Positions 11,790 through 23,241 of a DNA stretch of 64,000 nt are shown here, one piece after another. Under the pieces are notes generated by a model. That model saw only the letters and a program-made list of their open reading frames with translations, ran no database searches and was not told where the DNA came from. The stretch spans positions 1 through 64,000 of the forward strand of contig CAVQMO010000010.1 of assembly GCA_963713605.1 (NCBI GenBank). Direction: 5' to 3'. The position numbers were made by a program, and so were the translations under genes. Positions within the stretch are counted from its first letter, which is position 1, and each line of letters starts with the position of its first letter. The stretch is from an uncultured Nitrososphaerales archaeon (GTDB lineage: Archaea; Thermoproteota; Nitrososphaeria; Nitrososphaerales; Nitrososphaeraceae).

Positions 11790-12244
11790 TTAATATAGAT
11801 GATAACCATTATTTCTCAATGTCTGTTGTTGGTTTTGGTATTCCCTGGCTGCAAGACTAACACTTTTTTGATTTGCGTTTTTCTTCATTTACTTAATTTC
11901 CTGCTCGATTGATTGGACAATATACAAGTTCCTGGCTACATTCTCAGGCGTTATAAGACAACGACAGCTCCTACCATCTGAGGATGAAGGGTACAGTGAT
12001 AGGGGAACGTACCATACTGAACAAAGTTAAGAGTGAACGTGGCACCAGGATTTAAGATATTTGAATCAAAGATTTGTCCGCATCCGGGCTACCTGCTAGT
12101 CCTGATGTGACAGTATGAATCTGGGTATCATAGTTGATCCATGTTATTCCCGTCATTATATTCACATATATCAGGATTTGGTTGAAAGGCCTGATTACCT
12201 CTAGTTGCTGCATTTGGCACAATTGAAACGGAAGGTCGGAGGCA

Positions 12245-12607
12245 TTAAAGTGAAGGTTGTTGTTGAATGGTTGCATATCGGTGGTGGTAGTGGTTGTTGT
12301 TGCAATGAAGGTGGTGAGGATTGTCGTTGCAAGAGAGGTTTGTTGTTGTTGTGTTGCAATCCATTAGTAAATATTCCGAAGTAGTTCCGTTAGTACCGTT
12401 AACGTCACTGTTAGCCCTCATTGTCTGGTTGTTTGATGGAACGTTTGTTTGCTCGGAGACAGCCTCATCACTGGATGTCACATTGACATTCTCAGTGTCA
12501 TTCAGGGCTTGGCCTTGATATTGTGCCTCCGTCACGGATAGAGAAAAAGATATCAAAAAAACAAGCACAACCAATACTACTATCGCCGTAATAATAGTCT
12601 GCTTCAA
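12245..12607 (-). CDS. Secreted low-complexity (Thr/Asn-rich) protein, probably continuing by frameshift into 12052..12276
   Basis: Signal peptide MKQTIITAIVVLVVLVF and a Thr-rich tract. Confidence 0.45.
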   Translation of the reverse strand: MKQTIITAIVVLVVLVFLISFSLSVTEAQYQGQALNDTENVNVTSSDEAVSEQTNVPSNNQTMRANSDVNGTNGTTSEYLLMDCNTTTTNLSCNDNPHHLHCNNNHYHHRYATIQQQPSL

Positions 12608-12831
12608 CCCAATTTCCCCTGACCAGGAAAATATATAAATTTTTAAGCTAAATTTCCAGTATCCTCTCCTTTAAAGGCTATAGCAGACCAATTTGCTCGT
12701 GCTACTGCTAGGGGTGATTCATTTCCAAGTCTTTCTGCTGCTGCCGCCTCCTCCAAACGATACGCGAATGTTCTTTGCTTATTTCTAAGTTAATTTTCAA
12801 CTAACAAGTAAGTAGCCATCAGGAACGATTT

Positions 12832-14813
12832 TCAAGAATTCGGTTCAGTGCACTCTTGGCTTTCCATGTAAAACCTGTCACCATTCAAGCCACAGGCCTG
12901 ACAATACCATTTTCCCTTGATAAATCTCATATCCCGGTGGACATATTTTTCAATATGGGTAGAAGATTCCTCTATAGAATTATTGTGTAACTGTTGTAAA
13001 TCACGGCGCCAATGGGGGGTAAAGATATTTTTTTCTTTTTCAACATCAGAATCAGTCTTAAAGCAGGTTTCAGGGTCGCCAAGATACTTATCTATTAATT
13101 GGCCTGCTGCTATGTCCTCTATGCCTTCATGGTCGACTAGCCTAAATTTATGAAAAATTTCTGTACTCCCCTCGCTGACGCCGTGTTTTATGAAGGTTCT
13201 AAATTCTTTTTCTAGTAGATTCTTATTTGGGAATAGTTCCCTGGAGACTCTTAACCTCAAATCATTTTGGTCATCAAATATTGATGAAACTCCTCCAGTT
13301 TCGTCTACTGGAAAGGCAAGGATTTCATTCTTGTTTATTGTGCTTTTGACAATGTTAATTATACCTACGTTTGACAAAGGATAGAGATATTGTCGACGGA
13401 TTGCTTCGGTATTTAGTGAAACATGCATTACTTTCTGTGTCCAATAGGTTAGTTGTTCGGTCGTTAAGCCTACATATGTTTCCTTTTCTGAGACTTCACC
13501 ATTATCAGTATATCTTGCGTTCGGCTGACCATTCAGATCTTTGAATGCTGGCATGAATACATTGTTATACCAATAACCTATGTAAGGTCTTGTTATACTT
13601 GCTCCTACATTCATTAACGGCAATGTTTCCTTAAGATCTTTGAATGTAGCAATTGGATAGAATTTACCTGTCTCAGTGTCTATGATTCTGGGTCGTGAAT
13701 CCATGTTTGCTTTTGTTATTATGGCAAGATATCGAATTGTGCGGTCCATTACAGTCATTGACCACTCGGTCTCCTCGTCACCTATACCGTAATTGATCGA
13801 TTCGGTAAATGGGATTTTAACTCCTGATTCTTTTGGTTTTAATAATTTGCTGTGGTCTATTAGTTTGTCTACTAGCATGTTTATGATCGCCCTTGCGCGC
13901 TCCTTGTCTGCACTGCTTACTACATGTTCTTCATACTCTTCGGGAACTAGACCGTATCTTTGGCCGATTAATTTCTTTGCCGATTTAATCTTTGCATTGC
14001 TCGTGTCCGGTGTTACGTGAATGAATCTTCGATTTTTCTCTTGATATCGTATCTGTCTGGTGTCGTCTATGACTTGTGCAGTAAATAGGGCCGGAGTTCC
14101 TCGTAACCTATTTCTGGTAGCACCCAATTTGCCTGCACCGCCCTGCTTATCAGTGAATTGATAGATTTGATCTCTTGGGGAATCTTGACTTATCACAGAC
14201 ATCAATGTATTTGTACAAGCCTTCTTGTGCAGTATCTAGTAGGATAATCCTATCGTCTAATACTATTAATTTTTCAGACTTGTTATATAGTTCTCTGATT
14301 TCACCTTCATGTTTTTTAATCTCTTTCTTAATTTCTTTTTTCCCGTGGTCCTTCGACGCTTTCGATTTGGCTTTCTAGTTCATCTATTTTTAATTTAAGA
14401 TTGTTAATGATTGGTTGTATCAAGATCGTGCTTCCTGTTTCTTCATCAACTATGACCTGAATGCCTTGTTCATGCACTAATGCCTTATCAGACATTCCCA
14501 GAAATACAATGACATACCTATTTGGAAAATAACCTGATACCAGAACAAGCATGTAACTCTTACCTGCACCCGATTTCCTAGAATTTATGTTATGATGAAT
14601 TGGTAATTTTGTAAAGGCACTATTACAACCGTAGAATATTTGTTTAATTGATACTTCGTCATAAGGTGCTTCTTTTTTCATAATTTCAATTACAAATTCA
14701 ATATCCTGTTCAGTAACTTTTGGTGCAACAACACCTTTGTTAACTAATGTTTCGTCCAATACTTTATCAAATTCGTCACCAGGACAGTTGTCGCCATCCT
14801 CAGTGGTGGTCAT
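12832..14813 (-). CDS. MGE replicative ATPase/helicase-like protein; frameshifted
   Basis: Walker A SGAGKS in 14328..14813, IILLD segment in the gap, continuing into 12832..14205 with a C-terminal CQAC Zn ribbon. Confidence 0.6.
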
Positions 14814-15136
14814 GTTACCGCTGCATCCTCCATTGCTTTTTTCTGTGGCTCTGTTTGCTTTTGTTTCTGAACGTCTAATCTGTCTATTGCATCAATGAAT
14901 TTCCCCACTACCGTATCGAATTTCTTTTGGTCACTGAGGATTACATAAAGAAATTTCAGCTCACTTCTTGGGATTAGATTGGGTTTAGGCTTTTGCCTCT
15001 GTTTCTCGAATTCGGTGGCCTTATTAGTAGGCTCAGCGATTTCTATATTGTATTTCACGACTTTTTTTTCTGTCTGCAGAGTAAGAGAACTATTATTCAT
15101 TATTATCATCGTCGTCATAATCGTCCGCGTCTGCAC
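14810..15136 (-). CDS. Hypothetical MGE protein
   Basis: ORF overlapping both neighbours in a co-oriented operon. Confidence 0.4.
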   Translation of the reverse strand: MQTRTIMTTMIIMNNSSLTLQTEKKVVKYNIEIAEPTNKATEFEKQRQKPKPNLIPRSELKFLYVILSDQKKFDTVVGKFIDAIDRLDVQKQKQTEPQKKAMEDAAVT

Positions 15137-16238
15137 CGTCGTCTATTTCTACCCGTTCGAGTTTTTTGATTATTGGTTGCAATCTATTTGAGGCCCACTC
15201 TATGTCTTTGTCGGCTTCGATTACTACCTTGATTCTTTGGTCGTTCTGTTCCTTTTGTTTAAAAATGTTATTACACAAGTCCGGATAATCATTTTGTTCC
15301 ATGTATATGCTATGAAACTCATATCTTGCTCCCGTTTGCCTATCCGGATCCATGTGATGTGCTAATACTCCTAAAACATCTGGTTGTACATATTCGGATG
15401 GTGGAACAACTCGATTTAGGTCTCTGTGATACGCCTTGAGTTTGTGCTTGACGTACTCAAATAAGCGTTTGCTTCCTACCTTTGCATGAACCTTGTCTAT
15501 TTCGATCCTGTATTTGGAAAGGTATTTGATTTCTTTCTGCAGTTCTGGATGCGTTGTCCGTGCCATTCTCTTTACACTCTTCCAATGACTATTCTTATCA
15601 CTTGGTGGATGCTTATCTTGGACTTGTTTCCTGGTCAATCCTAAATACTGTAACATTTCATCATTGACACCAATACAAGGAATACCCAATAGCCTGGCTC
15701 TCAGTTCTATAAGTAAGCCAGAAGGGTCAAAATCTCTGATAAGTACAAAGTTAGATTTCTTGTCGATGGATTGCTCCGACATGTCGTCAAGATAATCGAC
15801 AAAGAAACCTCTTGTATTAATCACTGCAAATCCATAGTTTTCAACAAATCCCACAAATATGCGGGACATACCATCCTTCTCGATCATAATACCATCAGTA
15901 CCACTATTACTCAACTCTTCGATATTATCCCATGAAATACTTGTCCATCGTCCATCAAAATAGAGATCGGCTCTTCCGCCTGCTACTATTTTTAGATCCT
16001 CTCTACGACAATGAAGATCGTCACGGCAGATCTCACGGATGTAACTAACTAGGACATCCCTATCTATGACTTCGCCATCATCCTTCTTTCTGGGTAAATA
16101 TGGCTCTATCAGATACCAAACACCTTGGGCTGTTGACCAATCCAATTCCTCGCCAGAATCAATGAGTTTTTTCCTTTCACACAGATAAAATCGCAAAGTA
16201 CCCTTCGCGGTAGAAAAACTAGCTAGGTTGTTTTTCAT
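15093..16238 (-). CDS. Topo VI-A/Spo11-like Toprim-domain protein
   Basis: IMIEKDG, NTRGF and LIRDFDPSG motifs (EK...DxDPxG). Confidence 0.7.
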   Translation of the reverse strand: MKNNLASFSTAKGTLRFYLCERKKLIDSGEELDWSTAQGVWYLIEPYLPRKKDDGEVIDRDVLVSYIREICRDDLHCRREDLKIVAGGRADLYFDGRWTSISWDNIEELSNSGTDGIMIEKDGMSRIFVGFVENYGFAVINTRGFFVDYLDDMSEQSIDKKSNFVLIRDFDPSGLLIELRARLLGIPCIGVNDEMLQYLGLTRKQVQDKHPPSDKNSHWKSVKRMARTTHPELQKEIKYLSKYRIEIDKVHAKVGSKRLFEYVKHKLKAYHRDLNRVVPPSEYVQPDVLGVLAHHMDPDRQTGARYEFHSIYMEQNDYPDLCNNIFKQKEQNDQRIKVVIEADKDIEWASNRLQPIIKKLERVEIDDGADADDYDDDDNNE

Positions 16239-17221
16239 CAGTTCGTCTAGTGTCTGAGGCGAGCGCTAGACATGTCAGAAATTCCTTCCTAAGATCCGGC
16301 AAACACGGGAGAGTCTATCAAGACTGACTGTTCACTTCTTTTATAATCTTGAAGTAGAGACTTTCATCCTTAACTTCTGTTGCAAATAATGCGTCTTGTT
16401 CGAATGGAACTGATTTATCTATGTGCAGAAAGTAGTTGTATGGTCTATCTGGTAATTCCGATAATCTCATCTTTATAAGAGACGTTACTGCTATTTTCCA
16501 TATCAATCATCTATTGAAAAGGTGATGCTTGTGGGACTAGAGCCGTTCGGTGTGCAAAGCAGAGCGGTCTGGTACTTTATTACCATAGTGTAGTCATTCG
16601 ACCGCAATGACAACACCTAGACATCTTCGGATACCTCTTCAGCGGAAAATTCGGCGAACTTTGATTCTCTGTTGTTCTCCATTTCCATTAATAGGACATT
16701 GATTCGAAACTCTGGATTGCCTTTACCAATAAGTGAACCTTGATTCAGAGGTGCCGAAAAAAAGCCACTGGAGAACAGGATAGCTGAGTTGTACCCTGAA
16801 GTCTTTACTGTGCCCATATGCTAATCACTATATAGTCCTTGGATTTGTTATGTCAGTAGTTCGTTCGTTTGGTTATTCGTTCTTGCCAATGCGGTAGGTT
16901 TAGGTTCCAAATGTTTATGGATGTGTCTGACATTACGCTTGATCATCGAAGGGAATCCACCTTGGAGTCCCATCTCTCTTTTTACCCTCTGCCTTCCAGT
17001 ATATAGGAATGTAATGAATTCCATTTCCAGCACAGATTTTGCAGAAAGAACTGGTATCAGCTGCATTTTCCATCCGTCAAAACCTGCAAACAACAGGGAC
17101 ACGTTTTGGCGTGTTCCCGGAGACGAACCAAAATCCTTTTGACCTGTCTTGCAGTATCTATCATGGGGGGGATCTCCGTATTGTTTAAAGTAGATCCGGT
17201 TCCAGCTAGACTACTTTGCAC

Positions 17222-17449
17222 TTACGATTCCCTCCTTATTTTTGATGTCTCGTGCCTATCTTTTTCCTTCGCCGGTTTAGGATGAATAACTAAACTGTTC
17301 CCGCACCTAGGGCAGTTTGTTCTTAGCCTGGCTCCAGAGTAAAGCCAAGAATAGCTATCGCGTGGGCATGTCAGTTGATATCCTGTCTTGAAAGAAGGCA
17401 CAGTCACTTTTTCGAGGTATTGTATCATTTTAAATCCAAGCTTAACCAT
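17222..17449 (-). CDS. Small Zn-ribbon protein
   Basis: CPRDSYSW...TNCPRCG. Confidence 0.5.
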   Translation of the reverse strand: MVKLGFKMIQYLEKVTVPSFKTGYQLTCPRDSYSWLYSGARLRTNCPRCGNSLVIHPKPAKEKDRHETSKIRRES

Positions 17450-17676
17450 GTGGTGAACATTATTAATACCGTCGGTTACTGAAAACTATAAAATACTTCC
17501 ATCATTTTCGTATATCTTGGCAGTGGTAACACGATGCCTTGTTGACAGGGGTAGCTTATCTATGCCAATAGTATACACTACCATACTACTGTCATGCAAC
17601 TAGAAACGGCTATTGTCCAAAGTCTTCTCCGCTGAGCAGCAGAAGTGAGAGCGTGGGAAGTCGGTTAGTAGAGCAT

Positions 17677-17823
17677 GGAAATGCTTTAATTCTTGCAAGC
17701 AAAATTCCAGGAGCCTGGCTTGTAGAGATCAAAGATGCTGGGCATGCAGTAATGAATCAATATCCAGCTGAAATCAGTAAGATATTAAATACATTTCTAT
17801 CGACTACAGGCCAAAATAAGTGA
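17677..17823 (+). pseudogene. C-terminal fragment of an alpha/beta hydrolase
   Basis: Translates GNALILASKIPGAWLVEIKDAGHAVMNQYPAEISKILNTFL...* with no N-terminal part. Confidence 0.6.
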
Positions 17824-18293
17824 ATTATCAATAGGCTGGACACTTCGTGTCGAACTGACTGGGAGCAACACGGTAATCTACTTTGAAAATAATAATACCA
17901 AATAACTAGATAGGTATATCTTCAGGTTAAGGCTTATCGTAACCATGTTCTTGTTTATTTAGAAGAGAATAAACCTTACTATACTAATACAGATATTAAA
18001 CTACTACTAATGACAGTCCTTTTAACCATAGATGACCAACCTACCAAATTGAATACTTATTCAAAAGCGAAGGCATCAATGTCTATCGGGTTCCTAAATC
18101 AGAAATAGACGAACTATTGACATAGTTTAAGGCAGCAGAAAACTTTGAGCCAGCCAAATGCATATCAAAACATACCTTTTGTTCGTTACTGTGCAAAAGG
18201 TTCACTTTGTAGACAATACTTAAGGCTTGAAGCGGTAAGCGCAAGATTATTGCATGAGCCTTATTAGTTTAAGTTTACTCAGTTAATCAATCA

Positions 18294-19527
18294 TCAGATG
18301 CCACTACAATATGCGTTCGTTCGTTCTTCATCTAGATATTGCATCCGTTCATCCAGTTTCTTTATACGTGCATTCAGTTTGGCAATTTCTTCTGATTGCT
18401 GTCCCTCCATGTCATTTACCTTCTGTCGTAGCTGAATAATCTCTCCTGCTTGCTCAGACTCTAACTCCTTAACTTTCTGCTCCAGCCTCTTGGTTGGGTC
18501 TATGGTCAACAGGTCGATAGCCTTGACATATTCAGTAAGCCTATCTTCTTCTGTTGTTCTTATGTAATTTGCATCCACATAGGGGAGCTGATGACCCGAT
18601 AGGTACTCACGAACAGTATAGCTAATGTGAGCCTTGTCGCACTGTGTGATAAAGAACTTGCGGAAGCCATGCGAAGACATCACATCTCTTTTCTTTTGCC
18701 ACCGTGATTTAGTAGTGAGAGTTGCAGCAGTTGGCTGATTAACTCCTGCCCTCCTTAACGCATCTTCAAAGACGTGTGATAAGGTTCTAATCGAGATGAA
18801 CTTTGGAGCCTTGAAGTAGTCCTCCATCCTGAACTTGTCCCGAATAAGGGGGGACTTGTCCTTTGTTATGTCCTCTCCACCTGTCCGTTTACGATATTCC
18901 AGATACTCATCAATAGCCTTAGCACATTCTGGCGTTGTGAAAGTGTAATAGCGATCTTTTCTTGACCGGTTGTAAACCCATATCATGTATAGGCCGAACT
19001 CGTTAATCTGCTTCAAGTCGCCAATTTGCAGATCCTTTAAACCACCTATCCTCATACCTGTGGAGGTCATAATGAGGACGCAAGCCCTAGCCCGAACATC
19101 ACACTTTGACAAGATCTGTTCTATTTCCTTTACAGAGTAAGGCCTATCTTTTGCGTAGTAGTCTGATTCATCTTCTGGCAGAAACCTTTTGATCTTCTTG
19201 GTTCTGAGATCGTAATCATTTATCTCAAAGAAGTGGAAGATACCTGATAGATGTGTATTGGATGCTCAAATAAGTCAGACGTTGAACATCCTTTAGGTAC
19301 GTTATATGGTCTATGATCTTGGACTCGACGACATCCCGTTTTGTATCAAGCAAGGCTTGAAGATCATCGTTTTTTACCGTTGCCTTAAGGAAGGTCTTGA
19401 ATGCTAGATGGTAGGCTCGTTTCGTATGAGAGGACTTTACCCCTTCGGTTACATGATAGATTCTCCTCGTCGATGATGATGATGATGATGACTGCTGCTG
19501 CTGATCTTGTTGTTCGACCGTCAACAC
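18294..19527 (-). CDS. Tyrosine recombinase/integrase (int1); one frameshift near 19260
   Basis: STGMRIG, SHGFRKF, LSGH and NY catalytic motifs; the gap reads HLSGIFHFFEIND...DRPYS in frame with the C-terminal ORF. Confidence 0.85.
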
Positions 19528-19623
19528 CTAGTTATAGCCTTCGGTAATATTTATCTGCAATATATTTCGCTGATAATTCTATATATATGCAAGCACCTCC
19601 ATAGGTTCAGGGCTAGAGCATAT

Positions 19624-20607
19624 ATGCAAGAATCTCTCGAATTTACATTTACACGTGCGCACACAGCAGAACACGCGTTTGTGGGAGCACTCCAGAATTT
19701 AGTAGGCCAGACATTGAGTGTAGTGAAGGTAGAACACCATGAAATGAACAATACTGCATTCATCAAAACAGTTCCTAATATCGATCTAGAATCAATTATG
19801 CAAGCTCAAGAAAATGTAAATCAACTTATAAAAACAGGAAGAAAGGTTATGTCATATACTTTTTCATCACTAGATGAAGCAAAAAAGCGGTTTCCGTCAC
19901 TACGAGCAAATGAAGAACGCATAATTGGATCTCAGCAAGTGACAGTAATTGAGATAGAAAACCATGATCTTGCCGCCTGTGCTAGGGATCATGTAGCCAA
20001 TCTTACCGAATGTGATTTCTTTTTGGTGACAAGAGTATCCAATGGCAGTAACATAACTGAAATAGATTTTTCTGTAGGACTCCAAGCTAGGGAAGTTGCC
20101 ATACATACATTGCAACAGTTACTCAATATATGTAACGAAATAGGTGCCAATATTAATAGTGTTGAGAATACGGTGAAAAGGATCAAGAACCAGAATGAAA
20201 AGTTATTGAGAGATTTAAAGAATTACAGTAGAAAGAGTCTTGGCAGTTTGCAACCATACTCTGTCGAGAAAAATAAAATAACCTTATATCAAGGTATTTT
20301 CAATGACTTGATGGATTCAGAAATTAGAGCATTCGCAGACAAGAAGATTGCCAATAGCAAAGCAGTCGTAATTATCGCGAACGCGCACAACGATGAAGGT
20401 AATAATAATCTCGCATCCGAACCCACTGCGACAATTGTCGTTGCGGCAAATGAATCATTAAACGATATTGACTGCAGCAGAATAGTTAAGGAAATAACTG
20501 GAAGAGGTGGAGGAAAACCTCATTTCGCCACTGGTTTGATCAAGATAGACGAGATGTCGAATATTGTTAGAAGTATTGTTACCTTAGTCAAGAATAAGTT
20601 AACATAG
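19624..20607 (+). CDS. alaX: AlaX-like aminoacyl-tRNA editing protein with DHHA1 domain
   Basis: Zn motifs HTAEH and CARDH, C-terminal GRGGGK; likely start at ATG 19624. Confidence 0.75.
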   Translation: MQESLEFTFTRAHTAEHAFVGALQNLVGQTLSVVKVEHHEMNNTAFIKTVPNIDLESIMQAQENVNQLIKTGRKVMSYTFSSLDEAKKRFPSLRANEERIIGSQQVTVIEIENHDLAACARDHVANLTECDFFLVTRVSNGSNITEIDFSVGLQAREVAIHTLQQLLNICNEIGANINSVENTVKRIKNQNEKLLRDLKNYSRKSLGSLQPYSVEKNKITLYQGIFNDLMDSEIRAFADKKIANSKAVVIIANAHNDEGNNNLASEPTATIVVAANESLNDIDCSRIVKEITGRGGGKPHFATGLIKIDEMSNIVRSIVTLVKNKLT

Positions 20608-20651
20608 AATGCTAACTTATATACCGTCGTTACCTTATATAAGTTCGATTA

Positions 20652-21591
20652 ATGGCCACTGTGTATCGAAGAGGAAAACAATTAGACAATGCATTTCATG
20701 AAGTACCTGCTGAAAAAGAAGAAAGAGATCAATCAACTTTAGGATCATCGAATAGGTATCCCAAAGCTTTCAATGATATCTCTCAGACCAACACATCCAC
20801 AATAGCTAGCTACATCCAATCTATGAAGATAGAGATCAACCTCTCAGATCATTATAGAAAAGATATAATGATATTATTGTGCAAGTTCTCAAAACATAAT
20901 AATAACAAGTTGTTTAGAGACTTGACAAGGCAAGAAATTTTAGCAGGAATCCGATCCTTTTCACAAGTGGATTGGAACGTACAACTTATACAAAGAATAT
21001 CTGCAAAGGTTCTTCAAATGGCTATACTTTCCTTACATAGAACCGTCTAAAAGACCAAAACCAGCTATTCTTGAGAATATTCCTAAATTGAGGAGAAAAG
21101 AACAATCTGTCTACAAGCCTTCGGATCTTTGGACGGCTGAAGATGACTTACTATTCTTGAAATATTGCCCGTCAAAGAGAACGAAATGCTATCACGCGAT
21201 GTCAAGAGATACTAGCTGCAGACCACATGAATTGTTGAAATTGCGCGTCAGAGATGTTGTCATCAAGAATGTTCCCTCCGGAAATAGACAATATGCAGAG
21301 GTTCTGGTAAACGGTAAAACAGGTTCCAGACATATCCCTCTTATAGATTCTTTGCCTTATATTAAGGACTATATCGATCATGAACATCCCCATCCTTCTA
21401 ATCAAGGTGCCGTATTACTATGTGGAGTAGGAAGAAGCTTAGGAAGATCGATAAGTGTGATATCTCTTAATAGGATCTATAACAGATATAAAACAGTATT
21501 ATTCCCAAAGCTGACTTCACGATCCTAGCGTACCGGAAGGAGATAAACAAAAGATAAAGGAATTATTGAAAAAACCTTGGAATCCTTACAT
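20652..21591 (+). pseudogene. Tyrosine integrase int2, N-terminal part, cut at NPYI
   Basis: DPFHKWIGTYN, DTSCRPHE (catalytic R), VNGKTG (K), then ...KIKELLKKPWNPYI, where homology stops; internal indels. Confidence 0.85.
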
Positions 21592-21619
21592 CCAAAGCGC
21601 ATTAAGCGCGTGGAATACA
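21581..21619 (+). repeat. Left junction (attL-like): 11-bp core plus inverted-repeat arm
   Basis: aatccttacat-ccaa-agcgcattaagcgcgtggaataca. Confidence 0.8.
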
Positions 21620-21683
21620 CTACGTATGGTAAACCTCGTAAGAGTTGCCGCCATTTACCATTAGTTCTGAGAGCACGCCTTAT

Positions 21684-22907
21684 TTAACTTGATACGCGGT
21701 TATTTTGCAAACTTCTGATAAACTGTCTTAGTGCATATGCTGCTTCTCCTACCCCTTTGATAGATTTCTTTTCTCCTTGATATGAGATGAGGATCACTTC
21801 TAAACTGTTTATTTTTGCTGCTGTATCAAATTCTGAGGGTTTGATTTCCTCAATGTTGTATCCGTCATCAAGTAACTTCTCAAATTCAGATAGAATTGTA
21901 CAGATAGAGTCTTTTACTCTTGTAATATAATAGCATTTATTACATTGCTTACCACAATAACCATGAATAGTCATTGCTGGCACATTATACTCGTGCTTGC
22001 ATACTTCTTGTTCTTTCCATTTCTTATGCATATATTTCAGATGTTCTTTAAATGATGACAGCTCATTGGATAATCTCTTGTCTATTTTTTCAAGTTCATA
22101 GGCCATTAACGGATATATATGAACAAAAGATCGCCTTAATTCATTGATTGTATCTTTTTCGAGAATATAGCGAGGCCTTTTTTCCAAATATTTTATCTTA
22201 TCTTCATAAGTGAGAGGATAGTCACCAACACTCTTGTAGACCGAGTCCTTAAAAACAGACATTGCATATGGTATTATCGTCAATACAGCTTTACGAACCA
22301 TTTCCTCAAGTAAGAAATCAGTTGATCTATTTGATGTTAATTTAATTCTATTAACGTCCATAATCTGAATAAGAAAGTATGTTATGAAAGCACCAACCTT
22401 ATTAGAAAATTCGAACAGGCTACGTTCTAGTTCGCTGCTTTCATCAAATTTAGGCTCGAAATAGCGTCTATAAATGGTAAAGTCTTTGCAATGAGATGGA
22501 AAAGGAATTATATATTCGACTTTTCTGTCAGTTGTAACTATAAGATCTTTTGTTAAAATATTTTTTCTAAAGTTATTTCCAAAAAGATAGGCATTTAATA
22601 ATTGATCTTTGTATGCTTCTTCTGTAGGAAAATACTTATCTTGTAGGCCTTTGCCTTTTTTAACCAACCCTTCCTTTATTAACTCTTTTATATATGGCCT
22701 TAAATTCTTTGGATCAAGATCTATCTCATTAGATAGTTGATCATGTGATATGCCACCTCTCATGCCGTAGATTCTTATGATTTCTAGAATTGTATTCTTC
22801 TTTTCATGTCTGTACTCGTCAAGATAATTTTTCTTGTTTCTATATTCAATCCGATTCCAATCTGTATGTCGCATCAGAGTACGCCCGAATGATTCGGGTG
22901 GTATCAC
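21684..22907 (-). CDS. Winged-HTH transcriptional regulator-like protein
   Basis: ISHDQLSNEIDLDPKNLRPYIKELIKEGLV; C-terminal CKH...CNKC. Confidence 0.6.
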   Translation of the reverse strand: MIPPESFGRTLMRHTDWNRIEYRNKKNYLDEYRHEKKNTILEIIRIYGMRGGISHDQLSNEIDLDPKNLRPYIKELIKEGLVKKGKGLQDKYFPTEEAYKDQLLNAYLFGNNFRKNILTKDLIVTTDRKVEYIIPFPSHCKDFTIYRRYFEPKFDESSELERSLFEFSNKVGAFITYFLIQIMDVNRIKLTSNRSTDFLLEEMVRKAVLTIIPYAMSVFKDSVYKSVGDYPLTYEDKIKYLEKRPRYILEKDTINELRRSFVHIYPLMAYELEKIDKRLSNELSSFKEHLKYMHKKWKEQEVCKHEYNVPAMTIHGYCGKQCNKCYYITRVKDSICTILSEFEKLLDDGYNIEEIKPSEFDTAAKINSLEVILISYQGEKKSIKGVGEAAYALRQFIRSLQNNRVSS

Positions 22908-22943
22908 CCGAATTTATAGTCTACTAATACATGACTTACCATT

Positions 22944-23108
22944 ATGTCACGTGAATATGAGATTAGAACCGTTCAGGCATTAACAGGAGAAAGAAGTCTG
23001 ACTCTAGTTCTACCAAAACAATATGCAATAGGCTTAGGATTAAAGAAGGGCGATTTCGTGAAGGTTCGTCTACAGAATGACTCTATCGTTATAATGAAGG
23101 CAGGATGA
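22944..23108 (+). CDS. AbrB/MazE/SpoVT-family DNA-binding protein (54 aa, below the ORF-track cutoff)
   Basis: MSREYEIRTVQALTGERSLTLVLPKQYAIGLGLKKGDFVKVRLQNDSIVIMKAG. Confidence 0.8.
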   Translation: MSREYEIRTVQALTGERSLTLVLPKQYAIGLGLKKGDFVKVRLQNDSIVIMKAG

Positions 23109-23241
23109 ATGCACTTGAAAAAAAAGAACTACGATATACAATTCACATTACTTAATCATAATATAGGACAAGCGTATTTCTCGCCAATATTCAATGACAC
23201 TTCAGTGACAGTGACAGGTTACCCTAGTATCTACGTTAAAA

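Larger units (their letters stand above)
9769..19527 (-). mobile_element. Integrated element core (int1, Toprim, ATPase, terminase-like pair); ends not defined
   Basis: Co-oriented MGE-type genes ending in an integrase next to alaX; no att repeat found by eye. Confidence 0.55.

Noticed and set aside
9769..19527. Complete provirus
   Set aside because: No recognisable major capsid, portal or tail genes.
19507..19623. N-terminal extension of AlaX overlapping int1
   Set aside because: The track start is an upstream TTG; the ATG at 19624 fits the domain start and avoids the overlap.
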